IMG/VR virus record: IMGVR_UViG_3300046170_000470
Length of the DNA stretch: 64,000 nt
DNA from: a virus
Reading direction: 5' to 3' (one strand)
Shown: one piece after another, positions 49,639-58,189 of the stretch
Layout of the letters: each line of letters starts with the position of its first letter
Position numbering within the stretch: the stretch's first letter is position 1
Position numbers and translations under genes: made by a program
Notes under the pieces: generated by a model
What the model was told of the DNA's origin: nothing
Database searches by the model: none
What the model saw: the letters and a program-made list of their open reading frames with translations, nothing else

Positions 49639-49969
49639 CATTTGTAAAGAGCAACGATCCGATTGGATGTTTAAAAACAATAAGAAGAAAACATGCCGCA
49701 AATGCGAGTATAGATGGTGGCGTAATATTCTTCGAATGATGGTTAGGGATAGACGCTTAACACCCCTTGAAAGATTAGGCACTAGAGTTGGATATATGGG
49801 TGTTGGCTTTCTTATAGCGGGACAATGGACCATTAACCCCATGTTATATATGATGGGTTTCACCTGTGTATTAATTCAAGTTAGTATAAGAAGACAGTGG
49901 AATCTAGTAGTATTACAATTAAATGGTCTAATAGCTTGGACCATCCATTTTTTAAATTCATTATCATGA
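49625..49969 (+). CDS. Zn finger plus TM protein
   Basis: CNIC..CRKC then hydrophobic segments. Confidence 0.55.
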   Translation: MKKCNICKEQRSDWMFKNNKKKTCRKCEYRWWRNILRMMVRDRRLTPLERLGTRVGYMGVGFLIAGQWTINPMLYMMGFTCVLIQVSIRRQWNLVVLQLNGLIAWTIHFLNSLS

Positions 49970-50098
49970 CACAAGAAGAAAAAAAATTAAAAGCTATTGA
50001 GCTAAGTAAACAAATTTTAGAATTAAAAAAATTAGGCTCAACTATTGCTACTAAAAAAACAATTCAAAGTTTACAACAAGAATTAGATAAACTAAATT

Positions 50099-50335
50099 AT
50101 GCAACATAAGATTGATTTACATGGATTAACTCATGATGAGGCAGCAAGGAAAGTAGAAACTGAACTTATAAGAATATCACTAACTAATTACTACCAAGTA
50201 GAAATTATAACAGGTAAATCTAAGTCAATGCAAGATAAAATAATTAATGAGGTATTAGGACCCCTCAAATTTTTTTATTATATTCCCACTGTAAATGAGG
50301 GTACAATAATTGTTTGCCCAGATGATTTATTATAA
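50099..50335 (+). CDS. Stand-alone Smr-domain protein
   Basis: IDLHGLT, EIITGKS, NEG. Confidence 0.8.
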   Translation: MQHKIDLHGLTHDEAARKVETELIRISLTNYYQVEIITGKSKSMQDKIINEVLGPLKFFYYIPTVNEGTIIVCPDDLL

Positions 50336-50338
50336 AAT

Positions 50339-50548
50339 ATGACTTTATATTCTAACATAGTTTACAATAATAACATTGCTTATAAAATACTTGATATTAT
50401 TGCAATACATAATTTTGTAGATAAAAAGGGTAATATAAATAAACAAGTATTGGGGATGTATGTGCATGAAAAAGGTGGTGATCATGTTTTACAACGTGAT
50501 AACAAATTTTTAATATGTGAAACAATAGAAGAAGCAACAATAGTATGA
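50339..50548 (+). CDS. Hypothetical protein
   Basis: ORF. Confidence 0.55.
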   Translation: MTLYSNIVYNNNIAYKILDIIAIHNFVDKKGNINKQVLGMYVHEKGGDHVLQRDNKFLICETIEEATIV

Positions 50549-51378
50549 AACGTATATTAGTAACAGGAGCAGGTGGGTTTATAGGAAGCAATTTAATGAA
50601 TTACCTAGCATTAGATAAAACAATATCAATACAAGGTATGGATAACAACCCCCGTATTGATAATGAATATATGATTCATTTAGATATAAAAAACATAAAT
50701 AAATTAGCTTGGAAACCCGATATAATTTATCATTTAGCAGCCCAATCTAAAGTACAACAATCATTCGATGACCCTAAACAAAACGCAGAAGACAATGTAA
50801 TGGGAACTCTAGCAGTATTAGAATATGCCAAAAAATATAAATGTAAAGTAGTATATGCAGGTTCAGCTTCAAGACATACTGATCCATCCTCATCACCCTA
50901 TGCCACTACAAAATATATGGGTGAAACACTTTGTAAAATGTATAGAAAATGTTTTAGTGTAGATGTTGAAATAGCTAGGTTTTATAACGCATATGGACCA
51001 AATGAATACTTACACCCTACTGAAAGTAATGTAATTGGTATTTGGAGATATAATACCCAAAACAATATAAAATGTAAAATAGTAGGTGATGGTGAACAAG
51101 AAAGAGACTTTATTCATGTTCAAGACATTGTTGAAGGGCTGGTTGCTATAGGGGATAGTATCTCAAGCCATGACGATGCCTGGGAATTAGGAACAGGCTC
51201 AACTTTAACTGTAAATAATTTAGCTACTATGTTTCATGAAAAATTTAATATTAATTTTGATTGGGTTGAAGACCAAAAAGGTAATGTACGTAAATCAAAA
51301 CTAATAAATACAGATGCTTATGAAAGGTTAGGTTGGAAACCTAAAAGAAGATTAGTAGATTATATAATGTCATTATGA
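50545..51378 (+). CDS. NAD-dependent epimerase/dehydratase (paralog of 28929..29780)
   Basis: TGAGGFIGS, YATTK, RFYNAYGP; shares HxDAWELGTG. Confidence 0.92.
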   Translation: MKRILVTGAGGFIGSNLMNYLALDKTISIQGMDNNPRIDNEYMIHLDIKNINKLAWKPDIIYHLAAQSKVQQSFDDPKQNAEDNVMGTLAVLEYAKKYKCKVVYAGSASRHTDPSSSPYATTKYMGETLCKMYRKCFSVDVEIARFYNAYGPNEYLHPTESNVIGIWRYNTQNNIKCKIVGDGEQERDFIHVQDIVEGLVAIGDSISSHDDAWELGTGSTLTVNNLATMFHEKFNINFDWVEDQKGNVRKSKLINTDAYERLGWKPKRRLVDYIMSL

Positions 51379-51629
51379 GCGGAGAAGATATAATACAACG
51401 AGTAAACGAAATCAAAGAATTAATAATTAGAAACCCAGATGGGGGTGATTTAGCATTAAAGTATTGTGATTACTTAATTGATGATATTTACCTTTATCGT
51501 AAACAATGCTTATGATTAATAGTGGAAAAGAGTGGAGATGGATGGATGATGAGGATGAATTTCTAGAACAAGGTGTAGATGATTATATATCACCACCTAA
51601 AACAAGTGGAGCAGTAGAAGATTAGTTAT

Positions 51630-51881
51630 ATGAAAGAACAAGATATAGTAGATTTAGGGTTCAAAAGGGTAGATGTAACAGCAGAAGAAAGTGGTGATGA
51701 TGCCTTTTATTATTACACATATGATTTTGGTAACGGAACATTAAGCCTTATAAGTAATGCTAATAACGAAGTTATTGATGGAAGATGGGGTATAGAAATA
51801 TTTGAAGATGAAACCATCCAATTTTGGGGTGTATCCGATTTAAAAAAGTTTATTAATGTAATTAAAAAGAATACGATATGA
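51630..51881 (+). CDS. Hypothetical protein
   Basis: ORF. Confidence 0.6.
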   Translation: MKEQDIVDLGFKRVDVTAEESGDDAFYYYTYDFGNGTLSLISNANNEVIDGRWGIEIFEDETIQFWGVSDLKKFINVIKKNTI

Positions 51882-52134
51882 GAAAAAAACGAGCATATTA
51901 TGGTTGTGAAATGGAATCACCAATTTATAGACAAGTTGCTGCCGAAATGGCTGCTAAACGAGAGGGCAAAACAGTAATAAACGAGCATAAAACAAAACGA
52001 GGTAAAAGAAGCAAGTAATGGAAAATCAAGGCAGGTCAAAAAGGCAAATGGAAGGTAATTATAAAATAATGGGTATAGGAATTATAGGAATGATTCTAAC
52101 ATTAATATTCATAGCTATATTTAATTAAAATTAC

Positions 52135-53082
52135 ATGAAAGTAAGTATTATAATTAGAACTTTTAATAGGCCTCTATTATTAAAACAAGCATTAGCTTCA
52201 ATAAGTTTACAATCTCATAAAAACTGGGAAGTAATTATTTTTGATGATAGTAATAGTGGTAAAGATATTTTAAATATAATCCAAAACTTTAGAAAACAAA
52301 ACCCAAATAACACTACTCTTTATTTAAATTCTAATACACCACGTTATTTCTTTAAAAAGAGTTGGGAAGTAGCTCCACAAATTGCCAATGGAGAAGTTAT
52401 GGTGAGACTAGATGATGATGATTTATTAGCAGAAAACTCGCTTGAATCAATATCTAAAATTTATACAGACCACCCCTTACTAGATTACTCATATGGGTCT
52501 TGTATTGTATTTAAAGAAGATGAATTAATTAATAGGATGATATCACAATCACCATTAGAAGCCCCTAAAACAAAAGATATATGGGCGGGGTATTTAGAAA
52601 GTCATCCATGGAGAGAACCTTGGCGATGGGTTGAAAATTATTATGATAAACCTAGACACTTTACTTCAATAATCCATTGTAGTAAAGCAAGTATAATGTG
52701 TAGTTACCACACATATGTTATAAGAACATCCTCTGCATTATCCGCTTTAAATAAATTTAATGTAGTTAGTGACCATGTTGATGATTTAGAAGTAATGGGT
52801 TCATTAGATTATTTGGGGTTAAGACATACTTCAATAAAATCAACTTTAAGTTATGTTAGAGAACATGATAGTGGTAGAGTAACAGATAATAATCCACTAA
52901 TAAGAGATGAATTGCTTAAAACTAGGGATAAAGTTGAATATTTAAGACCGGAAAATTTCACTTCAAACGTATACTTAGAAAACATAGAAGGCAATATCCA
53001 AAATGAAGAAATAAGTAATAATGATAGATCAAATTTTAAACAATATTATAATAAAGTGAAACTAAAAGCAAATCAATTATAA
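52135..53082 (+). CDS. Glycosyltransferase GT2
   Basis: VSIIIRTFNR, EVIIFDD, RLDDDD. Confidence 0.88.
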   Translation: MKVSIIIRTFNRPLLLKQALASISLQSHKNWEVIIFDDSNSGKDILNIIQNFRKQNPNNTTLYLNSNTPRYFFKKSWEVAPQIANGEVMVRLDDDDLLAENSLESISKIYTDHPLLDYSYGSCIVFKEDELINRMISQSPLEAPKTKDIWAGYLESHPWREPWRWVENYYDKPRHFTSIIHCSKASIMCSYHTYVIRTSSALSALNKFNVVSDHVDDLEVMGSLDYLGLRHTSIKSTLSYVREHDSGRVTDNNPLIRDELLKTRDKVEYLRPENFTSNVYLENIEGNIQNEEISNNDRSNFKQYYNKVKLKANQL

Positions 53083-53138
53083 AAAATAATTCAAAGCTTT
53101 TGACTACACACCACTAACAATTCATACGTATATACAAT

Positions 53139-53351
53139 ATGGAAGCAATAAAACGGGGAAATGGATGGTATTATAAAGATGATAGTCCACCAAAATCAAA
53201 CTATAAAATCCAAATTACACCACTTGATAAGTCTCAAGAACAATATGTGATGAAAATAGAGACACATGATATAGAATGGTCAATGGAGCAGTACCAGAGA
53301 AATAGAGGACAATTTGAATGGGAAATGATGGATTGGAACATCCAAGTATAA
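53139..53351 (+). CDS. Hypothetical protein (domain repeated in the next gene)
   Basis: YKIQITPL..KIET.DIEWSMEQYQRNRG. Confidence 0.6.
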   Translation: MEAIKRGNGWYYKDDSPPKSNYKIQITPLDKSQEQYVMKIETHDIEWSMEQYQRNRGQFEWEMMDWNIQV

Positions 53352-53362
53352 AAATAAATAAT

Positions 53363-53695
53363 ATGAAAAAGTGGTACACAATTAAAGTTACACCCCTTGA
53401 AGAAGGTAAAAGTGATCAAACATTTAAAATTGAGACATCTAATTTGGATCAAACAATGGACAAATATACTCGTGATAAAGGAAGGTACAATAACGGCACT
53501 ATGGGAGATAGTAAGACGTTAAACAAATACCAATTCAGGTTTAAGAATAAGGTATACGAGTGTATAGGTGAAGATAGGGATTGGCAAATTGTCCAGTTTA
53601 AATTTGCAATAAAAGATAAACAATGGCTAACGGTCAGTAATCGAATAATAAATCAATTGAAATGGGGTCCACTAATAAAGGAGATAAAGACATAA
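53363..53695 (+). CDS. Hypothetical protein
   Basis: YTIKVTPL..KIETSNLDQTMDKYTRDKG. Confidence 0.6.
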   Translation: MKKWYTIKVTPLEEGKSDQTFKIETSNLDQTMDKYTRDKGRYNNGTMGDSKTLNKYQFRFKNKVYECIGEDRDWQIVQFKFAIKDKQWLTVSNRIINQLKWGPLIKEIKT

Positions 53696-54006
53696 ATCAT
53701 TGTGTATGGTGTGGAGCCTTAACTCCAATGGAGCAAATGCAATTGCCGTCTACACCTATTTTGGAGCATATGGAGGAGAAAATTGATAAAATGGGACGTA
53801 AACGAATATGGGGTGATAATTCGGATTGGAGTAAGGTTAATATGGATAGTGATTTGGAGGCCGAATTGCTAGTGTATGATGAGATGTTGGCTACTATAGA
53901 ACTTAAAACAGTGTGTGAGCGATGTATAGAGGAGGATGAACGGCTATGGAAGAAATATTACGGTAATCCAGACGATATAGATATATTCTGGGACGACGTA
54001 TTTTAA
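53662..54006 (+). CDS. Zn-binding hypothetical protein
   Basis: CVWC...CERC. Confidence 0.55.
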   Translation: MGSTNKGDKDINHCVWCGALTPMEQMQLPSTPILEHMEEKIDKMGRKRIWGDNSDWSKVNMDSDLEAELLVYDEMLATIELKTVCERCIEEDERLWKKYYGNPDDIDIFWDDVF

Positions 54007-54009
54007 AAG

Positions 54010-54270
54010 ATGGTTGTATGTAGTCGATGTGGGGAATTAATTGAATCGGGATGGGATTATAGGTGGCATTTTGATAAACATTTGGATGAATTTGATAATG
54101 CTGAGGATAAACAAAAGTATATAAATGAAACAACGCAAATTATGAGCAGTAAATTTTTTAGTAATAAGAACGATAATAAAACGGATAAACGGGGTAAGAA
54201 AGTAACCAATAAGGGTAAACAAGTACACAATAAGAATATTGGTGTTAAGAAATCTGGACGGGGTAAGTAA
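54010..54270 (+). CDS. C2H2-like finger plus basic tail
   Basis: CSRC...HFDKH; KKSGRGK. Confidence 0.5.
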   Translation: MVVCSRCGELIESGWDYRWHFDKHLDEFDNAEDKQKYINETTQIMSSKFFSNKNDNKTDKRGKKVTNKGKQVHNKNIGVKKSGRGK

Positions 54271-54525
54271 ATAATTAAACAATAAATAACATGAGTAGAA
54301 ACAGTAACAAACAATTGTACACGCAAACGATGGAGTGGGTGGGTACATTAAAGCAACAACGTAAAAGACGTAGTAAACAAGGTAATTCGCGAATGGATTA
54401 TATGAAACAAAAACGTAATGGCTAAACGTAATAAATTAAAATCGGTTACTTGGATAACCATAGGTGCCATTACTATATTGATTTGGGTAGGGGTCTACAA
54501 TTTGGTGTGGCCATGGTTAGGTAGT

Positions 54526-54660
54526 TAACCAAGTGTGTCCAACTAGGGTACAAGCCTAACCAACGGGTAGTGATGTAACCAAATGGTGTACTGTTCTATA
54601 TATAGTGTATGACCTTAACCTATGGGGTGAGTGGTCTAACCAAGGGTGGGTGTTAACCCA
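54526..54660. repeat. Degenerate direct repeats TAACC(A/T)A..GGT
   Basis: TAACC at 54526, 54557, 54576, 54616, 54637, 54654; variant CAACT at 54540. Confidence 0.6.
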
Positions 54661-54836
54661 TTTACATTGCAAGCCAAGCCTTTTCGACCTACCTTAAAAT
54701 ATATACGTCGAATTGCATTATTCACAATTGGCACACGTGTAGATCTTTCTTATTCACAATGGCCTGGCATTAAAAATGAGCATGTGACAAAGCCAAATGT
54801 ATTTCATAAATGTTCACAACTATAATTGCATTTAAA

Positions 54837-54889
54837 TTTGGATACGTGGGATATGGTTCGTATATTTACAGGGTAAAATTAAGGTTATG
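54837..54889 (+). promoter_or_regulatory. Host-type early promoter and leader
   Basis: TTTG-N20-TATATTTAC; leader differs from 40657-40683 by one base. Confidence 0.75.
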
Positions 54890-55051
54890 ACAGTAAATCC
54901 AACAGTAAATCATCATTTATTATTAGAAAACAGGTTAAATCAGTTATTACGTGATGGACATTTATCCAAAGACGTATGGAATGACTTAATCGATTGTGTT
55001 ACACTACACAGGCAATTGGAATTTAAACAATTAACAGTAAATCAATTATAA
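54887..55051 (+). CDS. 54-aa early micro-protein
   Basis: AAGGTTATG start. Confidence 0.6.
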   Translation: MTVNPTVNHHLLLENRLNQLLRDGHLSKDVWNDLIDCVTLHRQLEFKQLTVNQL

Positions 55052-55060
55052 ATTAAGGTT

Positions 55061-55198
55061 ATGAGTTATAATAGAGGTAAAAATTATTTGAAACAGTTTA
55101 AACGACTCAAAAAAGGTCGTGTGATGAATGCATATGAGATAGCAAGTCTAAAAGCGTTTAGCGATGAGTTAAAACAATCATTCACATACAATAAATAA
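55061..55198 (+). CDS. 45-aa early micro-protein
   Basis: AAGGTTATG start. Confidence 0.6.
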   Translation: MSYNRGKNYLKQFKRLKKGRVMNAYEIASLKAFSDELKQSFTYNK

Positions 55199-55203
55199 AG
55201 GTT

Positions 55204-55311
55204 ATGACAGATATGTTACACCACTTAGCAAGATTAGAGATGATGATGGCCGAGGAACGAGGCATTGATTTATCATACATTGAAGCATTAGAAATAGTTA
55301 AATTAAAATAA
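55204..55311 (+). CDS. 35-aa early micro-protein
   Basis: AAAGGTTATG start. Confidence 0.6.
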   Translation: MTDMLHHLARLEMMMAEERGIDLSYIEALEIVKLK

Positions 55312-55316
55312 AGGTT

Positions 55317-55484
55317 ATGGATCAATACACACTTAAAGTTCATGTTGAACATGGTCACATTGAAAACATATGGTCGGGCAATGACATAAATGAGGCTCAC
55401 CACTACGAATCCATTGGTATTAAACATTGGGGCAAGGACAATGTCTGGATATGTGATAACATCCAGGAAATCACCGTCGGGTAA
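55317..55484 (+). CDS. 55-aa His-rich early micro-protein
   Basis: AAAGGTTATG start. Confidence 0.6.
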   Translation: MDQYTLKVHVEHGHIENIWSGNDINEAHHYESIGIKHWGKDNVWICDNIQEITVG

Positions 55485-55509
55485 AATTACATTAATCATT
55501 TATTACAAC

Positions 55510-55741
55510 GAGGGTACTCCCAGTGGGGGGTGCCCCGTACCCCTATACCGCGTTGGGCATGCCGCCGGCCGTACGTGGGGGGTATGTATGTAATACCACG
55601 CGCGTTGATATCCATATGGCGTGTATATGTGAAGGAAAGGGTGTAGGGTATCATATGAAGCTCCTACGGTCTTCTACCCTCGGGTTGTATATACAAATAT
55701 ATATCAAAATATATAAGGGGCCCCATTGGGACCCCTTTTTT
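55510..55741 (+). ncRNA. Candidate GC-rich structured RNA or structured cis-element
   Basis: Several hairpins with G-U pairs, e.g. GGGTACTCCC-AGTG-GGGGGTGCCC. Confidence 0.4.
55715..55741 (+). terminator. Intrinsic terminator
   Basis: AAGGGGCCCCATTGGGACCCCTTTTTT. Confidence 0.7.
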
Positions 55742-55821
55742 CCATTTAACACCAAATTTTAAAAAACACAAAAATGGCAACCTTCTTTTTTCAAAAACCT
55801 TTTGGTGTCGAGGAAAATATA

Positions 55822-56559
55822 TTAGTTTTCAAACAAATATGTTACTTCATCTTGAGTTATTGCTCTATCCCATACTCCAATATCATCTAATTTACCATTA
55901 AATGAATCCCATAAAGGGTGATTCATCATCCCAAAAGCTACCTTACCAGATAAAGAAGGAATACCTAGAGTTTTTTGCTCTTCTATTAATACTCCATCAA
56001 GGTATAACTTAGTTATTGTATCCCCAACCGAGTATACTATATGATGCCAATTATTAGATTGGAGAGATAATTCTACTATATTAACAGTTCTATCATCATA
56101 TATGTTACCTATACTTGGTGTACCTTCATTGGGCCATGTAAATCCTAACTGCCCCGGACCATCATTCCCCCAAAACTCCAGGACTCTAGGGTTAATAGAA
56201 CCATTACCTTCTCTATATACCCATAAAGATATTGTATATATTGATACAGATTCGGTATTTATATCTACTTTTATGAAATTGGTGTTTTTTACACCACTAA
56301 AATATACACTTTTGTCTTCAACCCCATTTCTATCTTGAGTTAAAATAGAGGTATCTTCAATAGGGTGGTTCTCATTCCCGCTCTCATCTAAACTATTACC
56401 ATTAAAAGGATACCAGGCAATTAAACCCTCTTTAGGGAATGAATCACAAACACAATCACACTCAACTTCAACTTGTTCAATTACCTCTATATATTCGATG
56501 TGGTCTTCACACCCCAATAAAAATAAAACACTTAAAAATAACCATTTTTTCATAACCAA
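55822..56559 (-). CDS. Lipoprotein with LamG/concanavalin-like domain
   Basis: LFLLGC lipobox; GLIAWYPFNGN, TISLWV, WHHIV, LYLDG, FNGKLDDIGVWDRA. Confidence 0.85.
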   Translation of the reverse strand: MVMKKWLFLSVLFLLGCEDHIEYIEVIEQVEVECDCVCDSFPKEGLIAWYPFNGNSLDESGNENHPIEDTSILTQDRNGVEDKSVYFSGVKNTNFIKVDINTESVSIYTISLWVYREGNGSINPRVLEFWGNDGPGQLGFTWPNEGTPSIGNIYDDRTVNIVELSLQSNNWHHIVYSVGDTITKLYLDGVLIEEQKTLGIPSLSGKVAFGMMNHPLWDSFNGKLDDIGVWDRAITQDEVTYLFEN

Positions 56560-56568
56560 AGTTTAAAA

Positions 56569-56976
56569 TTAATATCTACTTAACATATTTGGATCTTGAC
56601 CCAAGGTTTTTATATTTTGTTTCAATTGCGTTATTTCATTAAATGCGTCCGTAACATTTTTATTAAACACTTTATTCGATTGTTGTATTTTATTTAAATT
56701 TTCATACGCTACCGCATCTAATTCTTTTATACGCTTATTAATACTACTCAGACTCTCATACTGATCCCTCTCCATACTCGACTGAATATCCATTATCAAT
56801 GTTTTTATATCTTCTATCTCCTCCCTAAGATCTGCTCTTCGGGCAGAGGAGATATGAGATGATTTATTGAACGAGCTCAGTAATTCCGTATGTGAAGATT
56901 TTACCGAACGTAATAGCTTAACCCCATATAATACTCCTACCGATAGTACTCCACCTATAAAATATAATAATTCCAT
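56569..56976 (-). CDS. Membrane-anchored coiled-coil protein
   Basis: N-terminal TM; minus-strand promoter TCGTATATTGA at 57042-57032. Confidence 0.7.
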   Translation of the reverse strand: MELLYFIGGVLSVGVLYGVKLLRSVKSSHTELLSSFNKSSHISSARRADLREEIEDIKTLIMDIQSSMERDQYESLSSINKRIKELDAVAYENLNKIQQSNKVFNKNVTDAFNEITQLKQNIKTLGQDPNMLSRY

Positions 56977-57098
56977 ATAACATTAATTTAGCTAAGGTGA
57001 GCTACCTAATGCTTCACCCTTTTTATTCACATCAATATACGAATTTTAAATTAACCTTCCTAGTTATTTTTAATTCTTCTATTAAACCTAATAATTTG

Positions 57099-57183
57099 CG
57101 GAGAAAGAGGGATTCGAACCCCCGGAGGTGTGACCCTCAACAGTTTTCAAGACTGCCGCATTCGACCACTCTGCCATTTCTCC
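57099..57183 (-). tRNA. tRNA-Ser(UGA), no encoded CCA
   Basis: Reverse complement GGAGAAATGGCAGAGTGG...CAGTCTTGAAAACTG...GGTTCGAATCC...TTTCTCCG; long variable arm. Confidence 0.95.
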
Positions 57184-57320
57184 AATTGGGTTGAATATAC
57201 AAATAGTATTTTAGGTACCCACGCAATTTTTTATATCCTATAATATATACGTATAGATAGATGTGGGTATGTAAGAGAGAAAGAGTCGTTTTTTTCTATA
57301 TATTTATAATAAAATTAAAA

Positions 57321-57665
57321 ATGGCGTCATATACTGCTAATCAACTTTACGGTTCTGGAACTTATGCTGAGGCATTAAATGGAACTAAAACATTTCAATT
57401 TACTAATCCCTCTAATGGTTCTGCTTATTTTATACTTGAAGCAGTAAGAAATGAATTAGGTTTTTATGATTCAACTTCTAATACTGTTGCTAGTGCTTCC
57501 TATTCTTTAGGGAGTGGAATTAGTGGTTTAGTAACTTCTTCGTACATTGCTGGGGTAGCTATTGAACCCGGGGTTCATTCTATGTCTATAACTTTTGAAA
57601 ATAACACTCCTATTAGTGGGTCTATCTTAAGAACCACAGGGGAAATTTCTCTTATAATTTCCTAA
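57321..57665 (+). CDS. Ser/Thr/Gly-rich beta protein, possibly structural
   Basis: ATG 57321 after ATATTTATAA (57300). Confidence 0.6.
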   Translation: MASYTANQLYGSGTYAEALNGTKTFQFTNPSNGSAYFILEAVRNELGFYDSTSNTVASASYSLGSGISGLVTSSYIAGVAIEPGVHSMSITFENNTPISGSILRTTGEISLIIS

Positions 57666-57677
57666 AAGTAATGCGCC

Positions 57678-57761
57678 GGAGGTTTGGCTACCCGGGATAT
57701 CATTCGTATATTTACCATGTTGTGATAATGAAGTTGCAACACTAATTAAATAAAGGTTATG
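57678..57761 (+). promoter_or_regulatory. Hairpin/promoter plus 5' stem-loop plus AAAGGTTATG cassette
   Basis: TTTG-N20-TATATTTAC; TGTTGTGAT-AATGAA-GTTGCAACA. Confidence 0.75.
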
Positions 57762-58088
57762 ACAAGTACAGATGTTAAAAATTTCAGAAGTGATTTTCAA
57801 AATGCAGTTACAGAATTGCAAAAAAAGTATGGTGTTAATATTAGCACAGGTACTATCCGTTATTCAGATAGTGAATTAAGATTTAAAGTTACCGCTCGTA
57901 AAGGTAAAGTTACCCCTAAATTAACAAAAGAAGCTTTTCAAGTAGGTGATAAAGTTAAAATTAACCATAAAAGTGCCAATGGTAAAGAATGGTTAGTAGA
58001 AAAAATCATGTCTAAAAATATTAGAGTTTCAGAAATAGGTGGTTTTGGTATGGTTAGAGTTTCACCAAGTTTATTAGAAAAGCTTTAA
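57759..58088 (+). CDS. Early protein with C-terminal SH3/KOW-like domain
   Basis: FQVGDKVKI..VEKIMSKNIRV..VRVSPSLL. Confidence 0.65.
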   Translation: MTSTDVKNFRSDFQNAVTELQKKYGVNISTGTIRYSDSELRFKVTARKGKVTPKLTKEAFQVGDKVKINHKSANGKEWLVEKIMSKNIRVSEIGGFGMVRVSPSLLEKL

Positions 58089-58098
58089 AAGTAATGCA

Positions 58099-58158
58099 CG
58101 GGAAGCTTGGCTTCCCAGGCAGCCCTTTCGTATATTTACGTGTTCGAATGTTTCGAGC
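58099..58158 (+). promoter_or_regulatory. Hairpin/promoter plus 5' stem-loop
   Basis: GGGAAGC-TTG-GCTTCCC; TTG-N21-TATATTTAC; GTTCGAA-TGT-TTCGAGC. Confidence 0.7.
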
Positions 58159-58189
58159 TATTAAAATTAATTAAATTAAAATAAAAGTT

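Noticed and set aside
54526-54660. Repeats as a mini CRISPR array
   Set aside because: Cores are only 5-7 nt, degenerate and irregularly spaced
55182-55762. ORFs 55182..55499(-), 55390..55593 and 55523..55762
   Set aside because: Overlap better-supported micro-ORFs or arise from the GC-rich structured segment; no typical start context
56997-57194. 65-aa plus-strand ORF
   Set aside because: Antisense to tRNA-Ser and a promoter region
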